A stretch of 63,588 nucleotides of DNA, counting the filler, from Choristocarpus tenellus KU-1152 (Eukaryota; Protista; Phaeophyceae), in the NCBI GenBank assembly GCA_964200185.2. It is 12 parts of 12 records of this genome, joined end to end, with 100 filler letters (N's around TTAATTAATTAA, not from the genome) between each part and the next. Parts side by side here need not be neighbours in the genome. Positions count along the whole stretch, not along the records: positions 49,785 to 56,275 come from CAXNAD020008013.1; positions 56,376 to 60,650 come from CAXNAD020015341.1; positions 60,751 to 63,588 come from CAXNAD020024304.1; 9 more parts are not named here. One strand, 5' to 3'. Position numbers and translations under genes: made by a program. Positions within the stretch are counted from its first letter, which is position 1. The number at the start of each line of letters is the position of its first letter. Below, piece after piece: positions 49,946-62,374 of this stretch. Below the pieces are notes generated by a model, which was given only the letters and a program-made list of their open reading frames with translations, did no database searches and had not been told where the DNA came from.

Positions 49946-52561
49946 GTGTGTCGTATCCTTGCAACGGTTGCAAACAAGAGGAGAAACGGTATGGGAGAGG
50001 TGGTAGGGAGTGGACTGTTTGAAGCGTTGGATGACAATGACACCAAGTCGGGCAAGGAGATGATGAAACCGCTGTCGACCGCGGAGTTGGAGAAGAGGAG
50101 GGAGGCGTACCTGTCGCTGTTGGAGGTGGTGGTGCCGAGTCTGTCCTTGACGTACGCTAACCCAGGGCTTGCTCATGAGGTGAGGGGGGTTCCCCTCCCT
50201 CGGTGTTACTTGTTGTTCTTTGTAGGAATAAATAGGATTTGAGTTTATTTATTTATTTATTTATTTATTTATTTGATGAATGATGATGTGTACGTAGTGA
50301 GTGAATGTTTTTGGTTATAAAAAGAAAGTGTTGAGTACTCGGTGGTGTGTAGTTGAGGGTATACGTTTATTTATTTATTTACTGTGTTTTGGATATAATC
50401 TTGAGCGCTTCAGTGTTGCGTTGAGGTCACACAGTCCCACCTGAAGGAGTATTGCCAGGGAAGCTGAAGGAGTATACAACCGCCGAGAGCGTGAGTGAGT
50501 TCCTACCTACATTGAAAGAAACTGATGACGGTGTAAACTGTTGAATGTATGTATGTATGTATGTATGTATGTATGTATGTATGTATGTATGTATGTATAT
50601 ATATATATATGTATATATGTATGTATGTATGTATGTATATATGTACATATGTATGTATATATGTATATATGTATATATGTATATATGTATATATGTATGT
50701 ATGTATATATGTACATATGTATGTATATATGTATATATGTATATATGTATATATGTATATATGTATGTATATATGTACATATGTACATACTTTTACTATA
50801 TTTTATTATGTTTATTGTATTTTGTATATTGTTGTTGGTATTTATGTATATTGATGGTATAGCTTAGATAGAGCATCATCCTGATTGGCTGATCCTCCTA
50901 TGTCTTGTTGGCGGGAATCTTTGATTTGTCCTCGATGCGTGCTTGGTTTTGTGTCCTTGTGATGGTATCTCCTTGTCAGGTGTGGTGTACTCTCAGTCCT
51001 CTGTCTTTTGAGGACCGGTTCAGGGTGTACTCCAAGTGGCGAGGAGAAGGGCTGGAGAAGGCTGCACTGCACAAGAAGCATCCTGAGGTGGTAGTTGCTG
51101 AGGTAAGCCCTGGTGTGTATTGATTGTAATATTATAATATTTTAATTGTTTGTATTGCATTATGTTTTATTAGTTGATTATATTGGAGCATGGTTTACTA
51201 GTAGATTATATTATTGTATTTTTAGTGGTGTATTATATTACAGAGTATTTAGTAGTAGTTTATACAACGGTATTCTTTGAAAGTATACAATATTGCAGTA
51301 TTTATGTGCAGTGTGTGGAAATTGGTACTGGTGTGCTCTGTTTTTGTAGAAGGCATTTTCTTGCTTATCCTGATATCTAGTCCTAACCCCGTTGAATACA
51401 TAGAAGAAATGTAGACCTTCGTTAATTTTTTTTTCAAGAGTTAATGGTAATGCCACCAATGCTTGTCCAGGTTTGCAGGGAAAGGACTAGTGGCATGCCC
51501 TCGTCCATTGACACATGTTCGATCTGATCATTTCCCAGACCTCATTCTCTTGCGATCAAATTATTATTTTGATTTAGGTTACAATTAACACAGTTGCTTC
51601 TTTAAAGTAGTTGAAATAGAAAGTAAGTACTTTCCATCTGTGTCAGCCTTAACTCTAATCACTGTCATGGATGAACCTAAGGAGTAGATGAATATCATGC
51701 TTTCTACACCCTCTTTGAAGCGGTCCTTTTTTTTTCAAATTCTTTACAGTCTGTCAGTTCTAATTGGAAAAAATAGACATTTTGCTTTTTTTTGTTTTTT
51801 GTTTTTGATCGAAGCGTTAGGGCAAAAGCTAGCTTGCGACTTCCGCTCTTAGTCGGTGCAACACTTAAACGCCTATCAAGGTCTAGGTACTCTTTTGCAA
51901 GTCCTGACGACACTAACCCTAATACCTTTTGACGGCACTATGCATTATGCCACTGCTGCCAATTCTTTTGTGTTGAGCGCCGAGCTCGGACTAATGTTCA
52001 ACGGCTCGTGAAGCACCACTCCCAGTTGCCGGTAGTCTATCACTCTTTTGATTTGCTGACCTGTTTCGGTGGGAGGGTAATTGTAACAGTCATCTAGGCG
52101 GTAGGGTACAGAGGAGTGTACGGAACCCATGATTACCATGCTACGGATGTGAATTATGATGGTTGAATTATGATTGTTGAATTATGATGGTTGAATTATG
52201 ATGGTTGAATTATGATGGTTGAATTATGATGGTTGAATTATGATGGTTGAATGTCTCTGTGATTGCCAACAGTTGATTGAAGATTTGAAGATTCCAGACG
52301 GTAGGGTTCTGGCATAGACCAACTTTTGATGTTTTCGTCAAGCGTAACTGTAATGTAACTGTGAGACGTATGTGGTTGTTGCCGCGGTCGTAGCGGGGGT
52401 TTAGGAACGTGGCGTTTTTTTGGAGCGTGTGTTACACAGCTGTGTAGTGCAGCAGCTTGGCTGTTTCATGAGCGCATTCGTTTCTGCGGATGGAGGTTTT
52501 CCTTATCAATGCCCCTTTTTCTGGAATGTGTCTTACTTCGACTAAAATAGTTTGAAAAGTC

Positions 52562-52602
<41 letters not shown>

Positions 52603-55600
52603 GTTGTTGCTATTGTTATTATTATTTCTCAAGATGGTTTGACTGCCCATACCTCACCTCTCGGTTTTATCTTAAGACAATTTTTTTGAAAGTGACCTCT
52701 AAGCAATCTGAGAATTTGTAGACATTAGGGTTAGGGTTAGGGTTAGGAACTAGGATTGGCTGGCAGGGCCGTGCAATTATAATTTTTCACGACAGAGCAA
52801 CCTGTTTATGCGTACATTTGTAACTGTCGGATTGTGTCCATTTATATCTTCTACTCTAAATTGATGTAATTGAAACGCCTCCACTGTTCAAGGATGGGGG
52901 ATACACAGCATGTTCGAATTGAAGGGTGTTGTTAGGTTCTTCCATTCTTATTTTTTCAAAAGTATAATGTCCTCATTTCAGAACATGACCATGTCTACAG
53001 TGATTTCTTTGAGTGGATCAAACCTTGGGCTCTTTGACAACACCGCTCCTTCACTCACTACTCTCTCTCTTTCCCTTGATGATACCTTGATGATATGCCT
53101 ATTCATTCACAAACCAAATCTTGGAGTATCTATGATAACTCTCAGTTTTTTGCGTGCACTCAAGATGTAACTTGTTTATAACTCATGTGTGTGTGTTATA
53201 TGTATGTTATGTGTGTTGTGTATGTGTTGTGTGTGTGTGGTTTGTTTTGTTGCATGGTGGTGGTGGTGGTGGTGGTGGTCTAGGTGTCTTGTGGTGTTGA
53301 AATCTCCTCTGTATTGCGTCGACTGGTGAAGGAGAATGTTAAGGAGATCGGACGCAAGCTCGGCAAGGCTTCTCATGCCTGCCCACTGGTCTTTGCTGAG
53401 AAGGCACTCCTGCAGCTGGAGAGGTGGGTGAACACATTGTTGTGTGTTGTGTGTTTATGTTGTGTATGTGACTTGTGGCTTGTGGTGTTTTTTTGTTCTG
53501 TGATGGGAGCATGTGCCATTTAATATTTGCTGCCTTATGCAACACTTTCTTAGAATGTATGTGTGTTTGTGTTTGTGTTTGTGTTTGTGTTGTGTTTTTC
53601 ATGGATATATCTTGAGAGAGTGTGTCCAACGCTGTCCGTGGGTGTGCCACTCTAGTTTACCCTTCAACCTGAACCTAACCTGTAAGTAGATTTAAAACAG
53701 TGAAGTGTAAGTGTAAACATTTCTTGTACCCCTTTTTGTTTTGTGTTTTTTTTTGTGTGCTATGGATGTACTTCGGTGGAGTTCAGCTATGACAATTTCA
53801 TTGACTTGATGATGGGAGGCATCAATCTGGTGAGCCCCACGATGGGTCATGACTGCATTGCATACACCATGGTAAGGCATTTGTCGTCCAACAGCAACAT
53901 GGTGGCGGCCAATGGCATGGACCTCGAGAGGTGGGAGCTTTTTTTTTTGTAGTGAGGGGTTTAGGGGAGTTGGAGAGGAGTTCACAGTTTTTCTTTTGCA
54001 TAGCAGACTGTGGTGGTTTTGTTGGGGTAAGCTGTTGTGGGAACATGGTGTCCCGAATTTGCTCCGGGGTTGTATTGATGGTATGGTCTTGCGTAGGTTT
54101 GTGCTCCCTGTCATGTTTGTATGTACAAGTGTATATAGGGGGGGATTATTTTGTTTTTTATTGAATATGGAGGGTGTGCTAAAGACATGTGTTCGATGAG
54201 TTCGATGTGTTTGATATGTGTAGGTGTCTTTAGTTGTTATGGTGACTGTGGTCTTTTGGCAGATGTATTGTTAGGCGTAGAGATGGTGCTGTTCCAACGA
54301 GACTGATCGTCAAGCAACTGTTGCATGCCCCGGTGAAAAGTTTTGCTTTGATATTTGGCGGGATATAGGAGGTTGTGGGATTGAATCCTGACTAGACTAG
54401 ACTGCTTTCCTCATGCCCTGCAGTAGCAGGGTAATGGTGTTCATTGAGTGAGAGAGGGATCCAGGAACGGTTTGAAGAGGAATTGCAAGGATTGAAGTGA
54501 TTAGTATTAGTATGGAATGGCGTGTGATGGTTTGGGTGATGGCCCACAGATTTTTCTATGTATCTTGTCAACCTCTGATTCAAAGGTTAGGGTTTGATCC
54601 CACAATGGCTGACTTTTTCGAGCATTGTTCAACCCGGGGGTGACAGTTGCTTGAGTGTGAGTAGCAGTGTGGTGGTGTAGGGTCAATGCTTGAATTGTAT
54701 TGTTTTGATAGACTTTTGCAGTTTGTCTGGTTGTTAGGGTGGGTGTATGGATATTGAAGGTGGGTGTAGGGGAGTGGATAATGGAAAGGGGGGTGTCAGT
54801 TGGAGGGCTTAGGCTTTGAGGAGGGAGGAGGGAGGAGGTACAAGACTGTGTTTGCCTTTACTATTTGAAAGTGATGTTGGTTACAGTTACTGGTCCTTTT
54901 AATAGTATGACAGTATCTTGTCTGCTATTGTCAGAGTTTGTTTGCCATGTATACAATACGTACAGATGAATTTGTGCCTCTGAGCAGTGTGGATTAAATA
55001 CCCCCTCCCTCCCCTGGCTCCTTTATCTTTAACCCCTTAGGTGGGTTCACAATTTGGCTACCTTTGCAGGGTTCTTCTACAAGAAGTACCCTGAGGCTGA
55101 GATGAAGGCCATCATCTGCTGGGCGATGCATGCCCTGGAAAAGGGGGGTGGGGTGGCTCTAGCAGCTGGGAAGGTAAGGCCCTTTGACTATAGTAGTATT
55201 TGATGTAGAACCAGATTCTTCCTTCCTTGAAGGTTCTGGTTTGTTGTAGGTGTTGCTCGCTGTATGGGTTGATGACATGTTCAGTTGATGCAGTCTTGGC
55301 ACAGAAGCATTAGTGCTAATCTTGACTAAACTTCTGTGGCTATGGATGATGACGCTCTGTAACCATTGCTACAGTCCTGGCCTGATCCAAACCTTACAAG
55401 TCTAACCTGATTGTTATACCTGTTAGTAGTGTTTAGATGGGGACTCTTGTTGATTGAGTTCTTTTAATGATTGATTGATGTGAATTGATTAACCCTAATT
55501 ATAATCCTCTGATTCTTTTTTTCTTATTTTTTGTTTTTTTTGTTTTTGAAATGGACCAATGGAATCTCTCTCTGACTTGGTGACTATGGCTCTGACCTTG

Positions 55601-56096
55601 AAACCCTACATTGATACATCGTCTATTGATTGTAATAATTTTCTCCACCTGAATTTTCTTGCATACTCTGAACCTTGACTACAAAAATATTTGCTGGAGG
55701 GGTTGTTATACCTCTATTCCCAACCCTCCTCAACCCTTGATGGTCACATAAAATGACAACATATTCTTAAATTTCTATAATCTTTTTCTCCGCTGATCCT
55801 ATTGGTTGGTCGGATGTTATTGTATATTCTTTTTAAATCTGTATTTGACTGTTAATTTCCCACTTTAAATCATGACACTAGCCTTAGCCTTAAGCTTAGT
55901 CTTATAATAGCATGTCTTTGAATCTGATCCAAAGGTGATGCCAACGCCTTATTCCTTTCCTGCCAACTCTTGATCAGGTCCTGAGGGAACTTCTGCACAA
56001 GACTGGGGGGGTGGAGGTGCTGGATGGATGGGAGTTGGAACAGTCCCAGGTGGATGGTAAGGCTGGTGGGGAGAACCTGATGCAGGAGAATGCAAG
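49946..56096 (+). CDS. THOC2: THO complex subunit 2 (partial; six internal exons: 49946-50179, 50980-51102, 53284-53423, 53787-53930, 55041-55173, 55978-56096)
   Basis: All exons have AG/GT borders with matching phases (0,0,2,2,0). The spliced peptide is VCRIL...[17 protein letters not shown]|[20 protein letters not shown]...|...[24 protein letters not shown]...LQLES|YDNFI...HDCIAY...R|[17 protein letters not shown]...|[11 protein letters not shown]...GGENL. It follows the Thoc2 motifs recalled from animal THOC2 in the same order (LPSLSL..N..E.W, KRL.KENVK..GR..GK.SH.NP, YDN.I, WLQSLASF.G...KYP, L.E...KM.G, GGE.L). Confidence 0.9.
50545..50790. repeat. Compound (TATG)n/(TA)n microsatellite in a THOC2 intron
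   Basis: Read directly; explains the spurious YI/YVCM ORFs. Confidence 0.97.
52151..52252. repeat. 14-bp minisatellite (GAATTATGATGGTT) x ~7
   Basis: Read directly; one unit has a substitution. Confidence 0.95.
52562..52625. repeat. (TTA)n microsatellite
   Basis: Read directly. Confidence 0.95.
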
Positions 56097-57503
56097 GTAC
56101 AGTTCCTGTATAGTAGTGTGGCACCCACAGGGTATTTTCTTGGGATTGAACTATCGCATGGATTTCTTGTAGTTGAAAGGGTCGTGTGATTCAAACTTGC
56201 TACCCTCCCCCCCCCCCCCCCCCCCCCCATTGAAAATGTTATAAACTACTTTTTATAGGGGGGCGAAGGAAAGGANNNNNNNNNNNNNNNNNNNNNNNNN
56301 NNNNNNNNNNNNNNNNNNNTTAATTAATTAANNNNNNNNNNNNNNNNNNNNNNNNNNNNNNNNNNNNNNNNNNNNTGGTTCCTTACGTTGGATGGATAAG
56401 GAAAGTGCACTTTTCCTGGTTTTGGTCCAAATGGACACTCTGGTGTAGACCCCCACCCCCTCCCAGATACTTTGGGTCAGTAGTAGTAGTAGTAGTGACC
56501 CAAGTAGTAGCAGGTATGGCAGAGGTTGCAACTTTCATAAGTGTCGTGTTCTTGGCTGTGTGGAGTTGCACACCGTAGAGATGTTTCTTATTTCAATCGG
56601 GCATCTGTTCGTTTGATCAACAATGGTGAGGCGCAGAAATCCAACCATAGAGCCCCTGTGGATCTCAATGTGCTTTCAAGGCTTCATGTGTTCGCGGAAC
56701 GTAACAGGACAGGAACACTGAGTTACTGGACGTCGAGGTCATATGCAGTCAATACATCTGCAAAAAAAAGTATGAGTAATGTCAGACTTTTACATGCCAA
56801 CAATCGGATAGTAATTTTGTTACGATGTTGAGGGAGTGTGAAAATCATTCCTTCAAACGCAGATCATACTGCTGGCTCTAGATAACAAGACAGTGTACTG
56901 ACCTTGGTATGCTACCAAAGCAATCCACACCATCTGTCTCCTTAAGCGAAGCGATCAAATCGTTGCAATTAACATCTTACAGCAAACAAGTTCAACCTTC
57001 ATGAATCGCCAAGGGCGATGAGCATGCTCTTGGGACCGTTAACGCTGGGACACTGTCCTCCAGGCACGCTGTCCAAAACAAATAATTTCTTATCCTTTTG
57101 TCCAGGCAGCAACCAGAATCTAGCCTGATCCTGGCAAAGCTTAGTGCCCAACATAGTTTTCGGATAGACAAACTCTTGAAGCACTTCGAATAGCAAAAAT
57201 TTTAGACCCATTTCACCAAGACCTATTCTAACCTTACCAACTCTGTTCAGGATTTGGGTGGATCATTACCGCCTCTGCAGTAGCCGCTGGCGCTGGAGTC
57301 GGACCTGTGGATATTCAGGACTTCACATCTTGTGGGTACTGATGTGTGGGTGCCATGTTAGGCCCACTATGGCATTGTGGTCGTGTTTTTTTCGATTATG
57401 TCCATGGGGAAGTCTGAGGGTGTGAAATATGCTGAATATGAGAATAGTGAACAACTGTTTTAAAAAATCTTTCTAAACTCTGAAAAACATTCGTTTAGGT
57501 CAT

Positions 57504-57761
57504 GAGTCAAGGTATCTTAGAGGGCAGAGCCGCGTTCGTTTGGGGACCAAACCCAATGTTTTGATTTTGATGTAATTTTGGCTGTTGTGTTTGTTAGGAA
57601 GCGTCAATATCCTTGTTCTGGACACACCTTTTCATAACGTATACATTTTACCTACTCCTAAACATTTTGAAGTAGGAAAATGCCACTAATAAACCCATGG
57701 GAAGTCAAGCCCCAAACGGACAAACAGGGTGAAACTCGTACCCTCTAAGATACTTTCCCTC
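57504..57761 (-). mobile_element. MITE family A, copy A9 (TSD CAT)
   Basis: CAT|GAG...CTC|CAT. Confidence 0.95.
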
Positions 57762-58674
57762 CATAGTATCCTAGAGGAGAGGTCAGGGTTCCATTCAGGG
57801 CAGTTTTTACCAAATAGTGATTTTCATGTAATTTGAGTGAACGTACCCGATGTAAGGATAATATTTCCTTCATCTGGACGCACCTTCAATTTTCACCCCC
57901 CTGCTTGGACCAAATCCGAAGGCAAAACGGGCACCAAATTGGGGTGTTTATAATACCCCACCAAGCCCTGATTGGACTACCTGGCCTAACCCTTCCCCCA
58001 CCTTACTTGATGCGGCACTAGAGTAGGCCTCATTTTAACAAGGTTCATACCAGTAACAATGCACTCTATGTATGAGAAATTTGCAACTTTGTCCACCCTC
58101 ACAGAACAGAATGACCGAAAAAATACAATTTATAGGAAATGTCACTCTGGGTTTCACTGAGCCACTCTGAATCCAAAAGATCTTATCCTGTGCTGGCAAA
58201 GGTCTTCTCTCAACACTTTTAAAATGAAAGGCATCGTCTTTTATAGGACTGATGTGAACACAACAAATGTTGCGGTGAGCATGCATCTAACGATACCTAA
58301 TGACCAGGGTATCAGTTGTAGTATCAACTGTGATGTGCAAAACTTGATTGTCTTTCGTTTTTCCAGGAATCAACACTTGGCAAGATGAAACCTGTAAAGT
58401 ACAAGGATTTGTAGAGCAATGTTGGATTGCAGATGTATGCCTACATTAAGACGAATTTGTGTAACAAATTTGAGTTATAACAAGGTCTTTACTCACTGGT
58501 GCTATGGGTTCGGAAAAATGCTTCACTGCTGTGGTTGTTTCTGAATGAACAAATTGAGTTTGAGGCAGTGGATTGCAATGTGGCCATTTTGAGTGGTGAA
58601 TCATTGTAGGTGTTTCCACAGCAGGGTTGGAGCCCAAAGAATTATCGAAAATATGTGATCGAGACATTAGTTTT

Positions 58675-58946
58675 GAGCCAAAGTATCTTAGAGGGTAGAG
58701 CCGCATCCATTTGGGGGTCAAAATTCAATGTTGCGAATTCAATGTTGCGATTTCAATGTAATTTTGGCTATCATGTTTGTTAGGAAATGTCAATATCCTT
58801 GTTCCAGGTGCACCTTTTCATAACGTATACATTTTACCGACTCCAAAATATTTTGGAGTAGGAAAATGTCATAAAAACCCTGTGGGATGCCAAGCTCCAA
58901 ATGGACAAATAGGGCAAAACTCGTACCCTCTGAGGTATTTTCACTC
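58675..58946 (-). mobile_element. MITE family A, copy A10 (imperfect TSD TTTT/TTGT)
   Basis: Full-length copy with a 14-bp internal duplication. Confidence 0.93.
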
Positions 58947-60581
58947 TTGTCTAAGTGCATAGTCAATTGGCCTATCCGGGTGACAACTTGTTGGGTTGTC
59001 AACTTCTGGGTCAGATCCCAAAGAAAAACGACAAAAGATCTGGTGTAGGCGTTTGTTGCCCATGTCTCTTAATACTTGGCCTATCTGAGTGACAACTTGG
59101 AAAAAAAATTCTCACTACGGGGTAAGACATCAATGAACTAAGACACCCTGCATTCTCAGCCCTGTCAACAATGTTTGACCCTGACCCAACACAAGAAGAG
59201 GGAACTGCTTCTGCTGGGCACCCCTACGCACGCACGTAAATTTTTACTTTTGCCTGTTGGAGCATTGGAGGTTGCTTTGTCTGAAGGGGTGGATTTCCCT
59301 CCAGAGCCTTGTGCTGACAAGGTGGCTGTGAGGGCAGCGACAAATGGATGCATCGTTTAATTTGAAGGCTTGTGGATATTGCTAGGGTATGCTCAGGGTT
59401 GAAAATCTGGCTTCTATTTTGTCATCGGGATTGAAGAAGCAGTATTTGGTGCTGTGTCACTTGTGGAGACTTGACCCCACAATCTGAAAACTCACAGGAG
59501 AGGATTTGGGTGTCTATGATTGATAATTTCTTATCGGTTTCGACCTGTTTTGTGGGTAATCTTGAGTTGACGGTGTGGTTGAAAGGAGAGTTTCTTACTC
59601 CAAAAAAATTGAAGTTGCACCTGCCTACTCTTGCGCCAAATTCTTGAGTGGCTCGAGGTTGGAAAATCGCACCTCCATCACTGGCAGCGGTAGCAGATAT
59701 TCGGTGGCAAGGTTAGAGACCATGACTGTGGTAGGAGTGGTTCCCAACTTCCACACTTAATCTAGAAGCATCTGTCAATGGGGCATCCACCAAGGTATTG
59801 AAGTCTTGGAGCAGGTTAGGGGGGGATCAGATGGCCCTAAGGATTGAGGGTCATACGCCAGGGTTGAATAGGCACACGGCCAAGCAGTCAGTCAGCTTGG
59901 GTTGGCCCCATCCATCTACAGGAGATAGTTGGACAAATTGGACACAGTTTGCCATACACTCATTCTGAACGCACGGGGCCATTCCCATTCCAGTATGTAA
60001 AAAACAGTAGTCATCCAGAGGAAATTGGGATGCAAGCTAGCAGGAGCTTTCGACTACTATCTCATCCCAACCAATAGGAGAAGTATGTCAGCCCCCCCAA
60101 ACTGTGTGCGTGTGGCGTAGTGGTCTGGAGTTCCCAAAGGATGTATGCGTACGAAAATCTTAAGGCAGAGATAATCCAATGTGTGCTTGTAAAGGCACTG
60201 TCAACCAAACTATATGACGGAATATTTTTGGTTCTCATTTGAGCCCAGGTTGGCATATGTGCCATCTCCTCAGAGCCAGTATTTTTCCCTTTCCCTTGTT
60301 CTTGTCCTTTTTCTTCTTGGCTTTGCCTACTTCTTCAAAGTATCTCAATGATAAGGATCTCTTCCGTGGTGAAATATTTGAGACTGCCTGTGTGAGGATC
60401 AGTGTGAGAAGGGAGTGTCCAATGAGTTTTGGAGGGTAACAAGAAACACAATTGTGAAAGATCACAATCTCAGTCCTGGTACTTGCTTCAGCAAACCGCA
60501 CAACCATGACATTAATCGAACCTATGGGATGAATCTGATCTGAATTTCGGTTCCCCCCCCCCCCCCCCCCCCCCCCCCCTT

Positions 60582-60650
<69 letters not shown>

Positions 60651-60928
60651 NNNNNNNNNNNNNNNNNNNNNNNNNNNNNNNNNNNNNNNNNNNNTTAATT
60701 AATTAANNNNNNNNNNNNNNNNNNNNNNNNNNNNNNNNNNNNNNNNNNNNCCCCCACCCCCCTCTCCAGATACTTTGAACCGCTTAGGGTTAGGGTTAGA
60801 TTCTCAAGAACGAGTGTAAAAATGTGAGAAGTGGTGGATCCTTGAGGGGTTGTAGATCCCCAATGCACACTGTGTTCCTCCCCCACTCATTCTAGAATGT
60901 TTCCTTGGCCGGTCAGGGATATTCTTCA

Positions 60929-61186
60929 GAGTGAAAGCATCTTAGAGGGTACGAGTTTTGCCCTGTTTGTCGTTTGGGGCTTGGCTTCCCATGGGCTATT
61001 TTATGACATTTTCCTACCCCAAAATGTTTTGAAGTAGGTAAAGTGTAGATGTTGTGAAAAGGTGTGTGTGGAACATGGATGTTAGCACTTCCAAACAAAT
61101 ACGATAGCCAAAATTGTATCAAAATCGCAACATTGGATTTTGACCCCCAAATGGACACGACTCTACCCTCTAAGATACTTTGGCTC
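60929..61186 (+). mobile_element. MITE family A, copy A11 (TSD TCA)
   Basis: TCA|GAG...CTC|TCA. Confidence 0.95.
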
Positions 61187-61196
61187 TCACACACAA

Positions 61197-61250
61197 GTTG
61201 AAGTTAGAGTTAGAGTTGGAGTTAGGGCCAGGGTTAGGGTTAGGGTTAGG
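61197..61250 (+). repeat. Interstitial telomere-like (TTAGGG)n tract with degenerate units (others at 2457-2470, 52726-52747, 60785-60799)
   Basis: TTAGAG/TTGGAG/TTAGGG hexamers in register. Confidence 0.85.
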
Positions 61251-62374
61251 TTTTCAAAAATGCGTTCAAAAAAGTGGGGAAAATATTGTAGTGGTGGTGG
61301 TTCGGTTCCCCTTGTACTGTAACAGTGACGCTTCAACCATTTACTGCAGAAGGAGGTATACAATAAAGATAGTAATAATAGAACAAGAATTAATACTAAA
61401 GCGAAACAGAAACGACAGCAGTAGCAGTAGGGCGAGCGAACCCACCCCATACACCAGTAAGCACAGGAAGAGGACAACATAGGGGGTATTTGTCCACAAC
61501 AAACAAGGTATGGAAGTAGGAGAGAATTTGTGAATAAAAAAGGTAAGAAATGACAATAAACGTGTACAGGATGTAATCATAAGGATCCCATTGATTCAAC
61601 ACTTACACACAAATCGTAGTCTTCGTTGTTGTGGAGGTTGTAGTGGTAATGCTGGTAGTAGTGGCTCAATTACTCCCTCTGTCCCGCAGGGATGGGCCAT
61701 TAAGTTGTAGCTCTTCTGGATGACCTCCGATTACAAAACGCACTCTTGCGTTGGATTCCTTGGGATATTTTGCATTAAAACACTGAATCTCAAAGAATTC
61801 TACAAATAGTTCTGTTCAGAAATGGTTCCGAAAGAATGGAACACAGAGTAGGGCATACTCGTATCATTCTTGAATGTTCCTGCTGCAGCATGGGGCCACA
61901 CACAACACTCTCACAACCCCCATGGCGAGCCCCCACAACCCATCGTCCCTGGATGAAGCCAACTATATCAGGGAAAGAACCGCGAGCTGACCGACATAGG
62001 TTGGACTGCACTTGCTCTGCGTTGTCCATTGGCTCTTTCTCCGTGTCGTGAGAGGCTCACGAGGGGTGTGGGGTCCAAAGTTTGGAGAGGGAGAGAGATA
62101 CCCTAGAGGGGTGTGGACGTGCGTCCAAAAACAGTGAGACAAGGGGAATACCGTCTCCCTGAAATGACAAGAACAATCTGGACAGCCGTTGGACTTTACG
62201 TCAATGAAACAGGCAAAGATTTGATAAATCAATGCCAGTAATCGCACACTGACTATCGACCAACTTCCGCTAAGCTCACTGAAGTGGACCTCGGAGTCGG
62301 CAGCTCAAAGCCATGGGGGCAACAAGGGTTCAGCGGCATGTCACCCTTAGCGTTTTTTTTTCTCACAAGAAGAA

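Noticed and set aside
50427-50867. Overlapping ~100-aa ORFs rich in Y/I/H/T or Y/V/C/M
   Set aside because: They are translations of the TATG/TA microsatellite.
52151-52252. Regular short repeats as a possible CRISPR array
   Set aside because: The units are head-to-tail with no unique spacers, there are no cas genes, and the context is a eukaryotic intron.
58967-59099. 24-bp direct repeat TTGGCCTATCYGRGTGACAACTTG about 109 bp apart; also small tandem duplications at ~568-620 and ~31737-31778
   Set aside because: Two-copy local duplications are common in this window and show no further structure.
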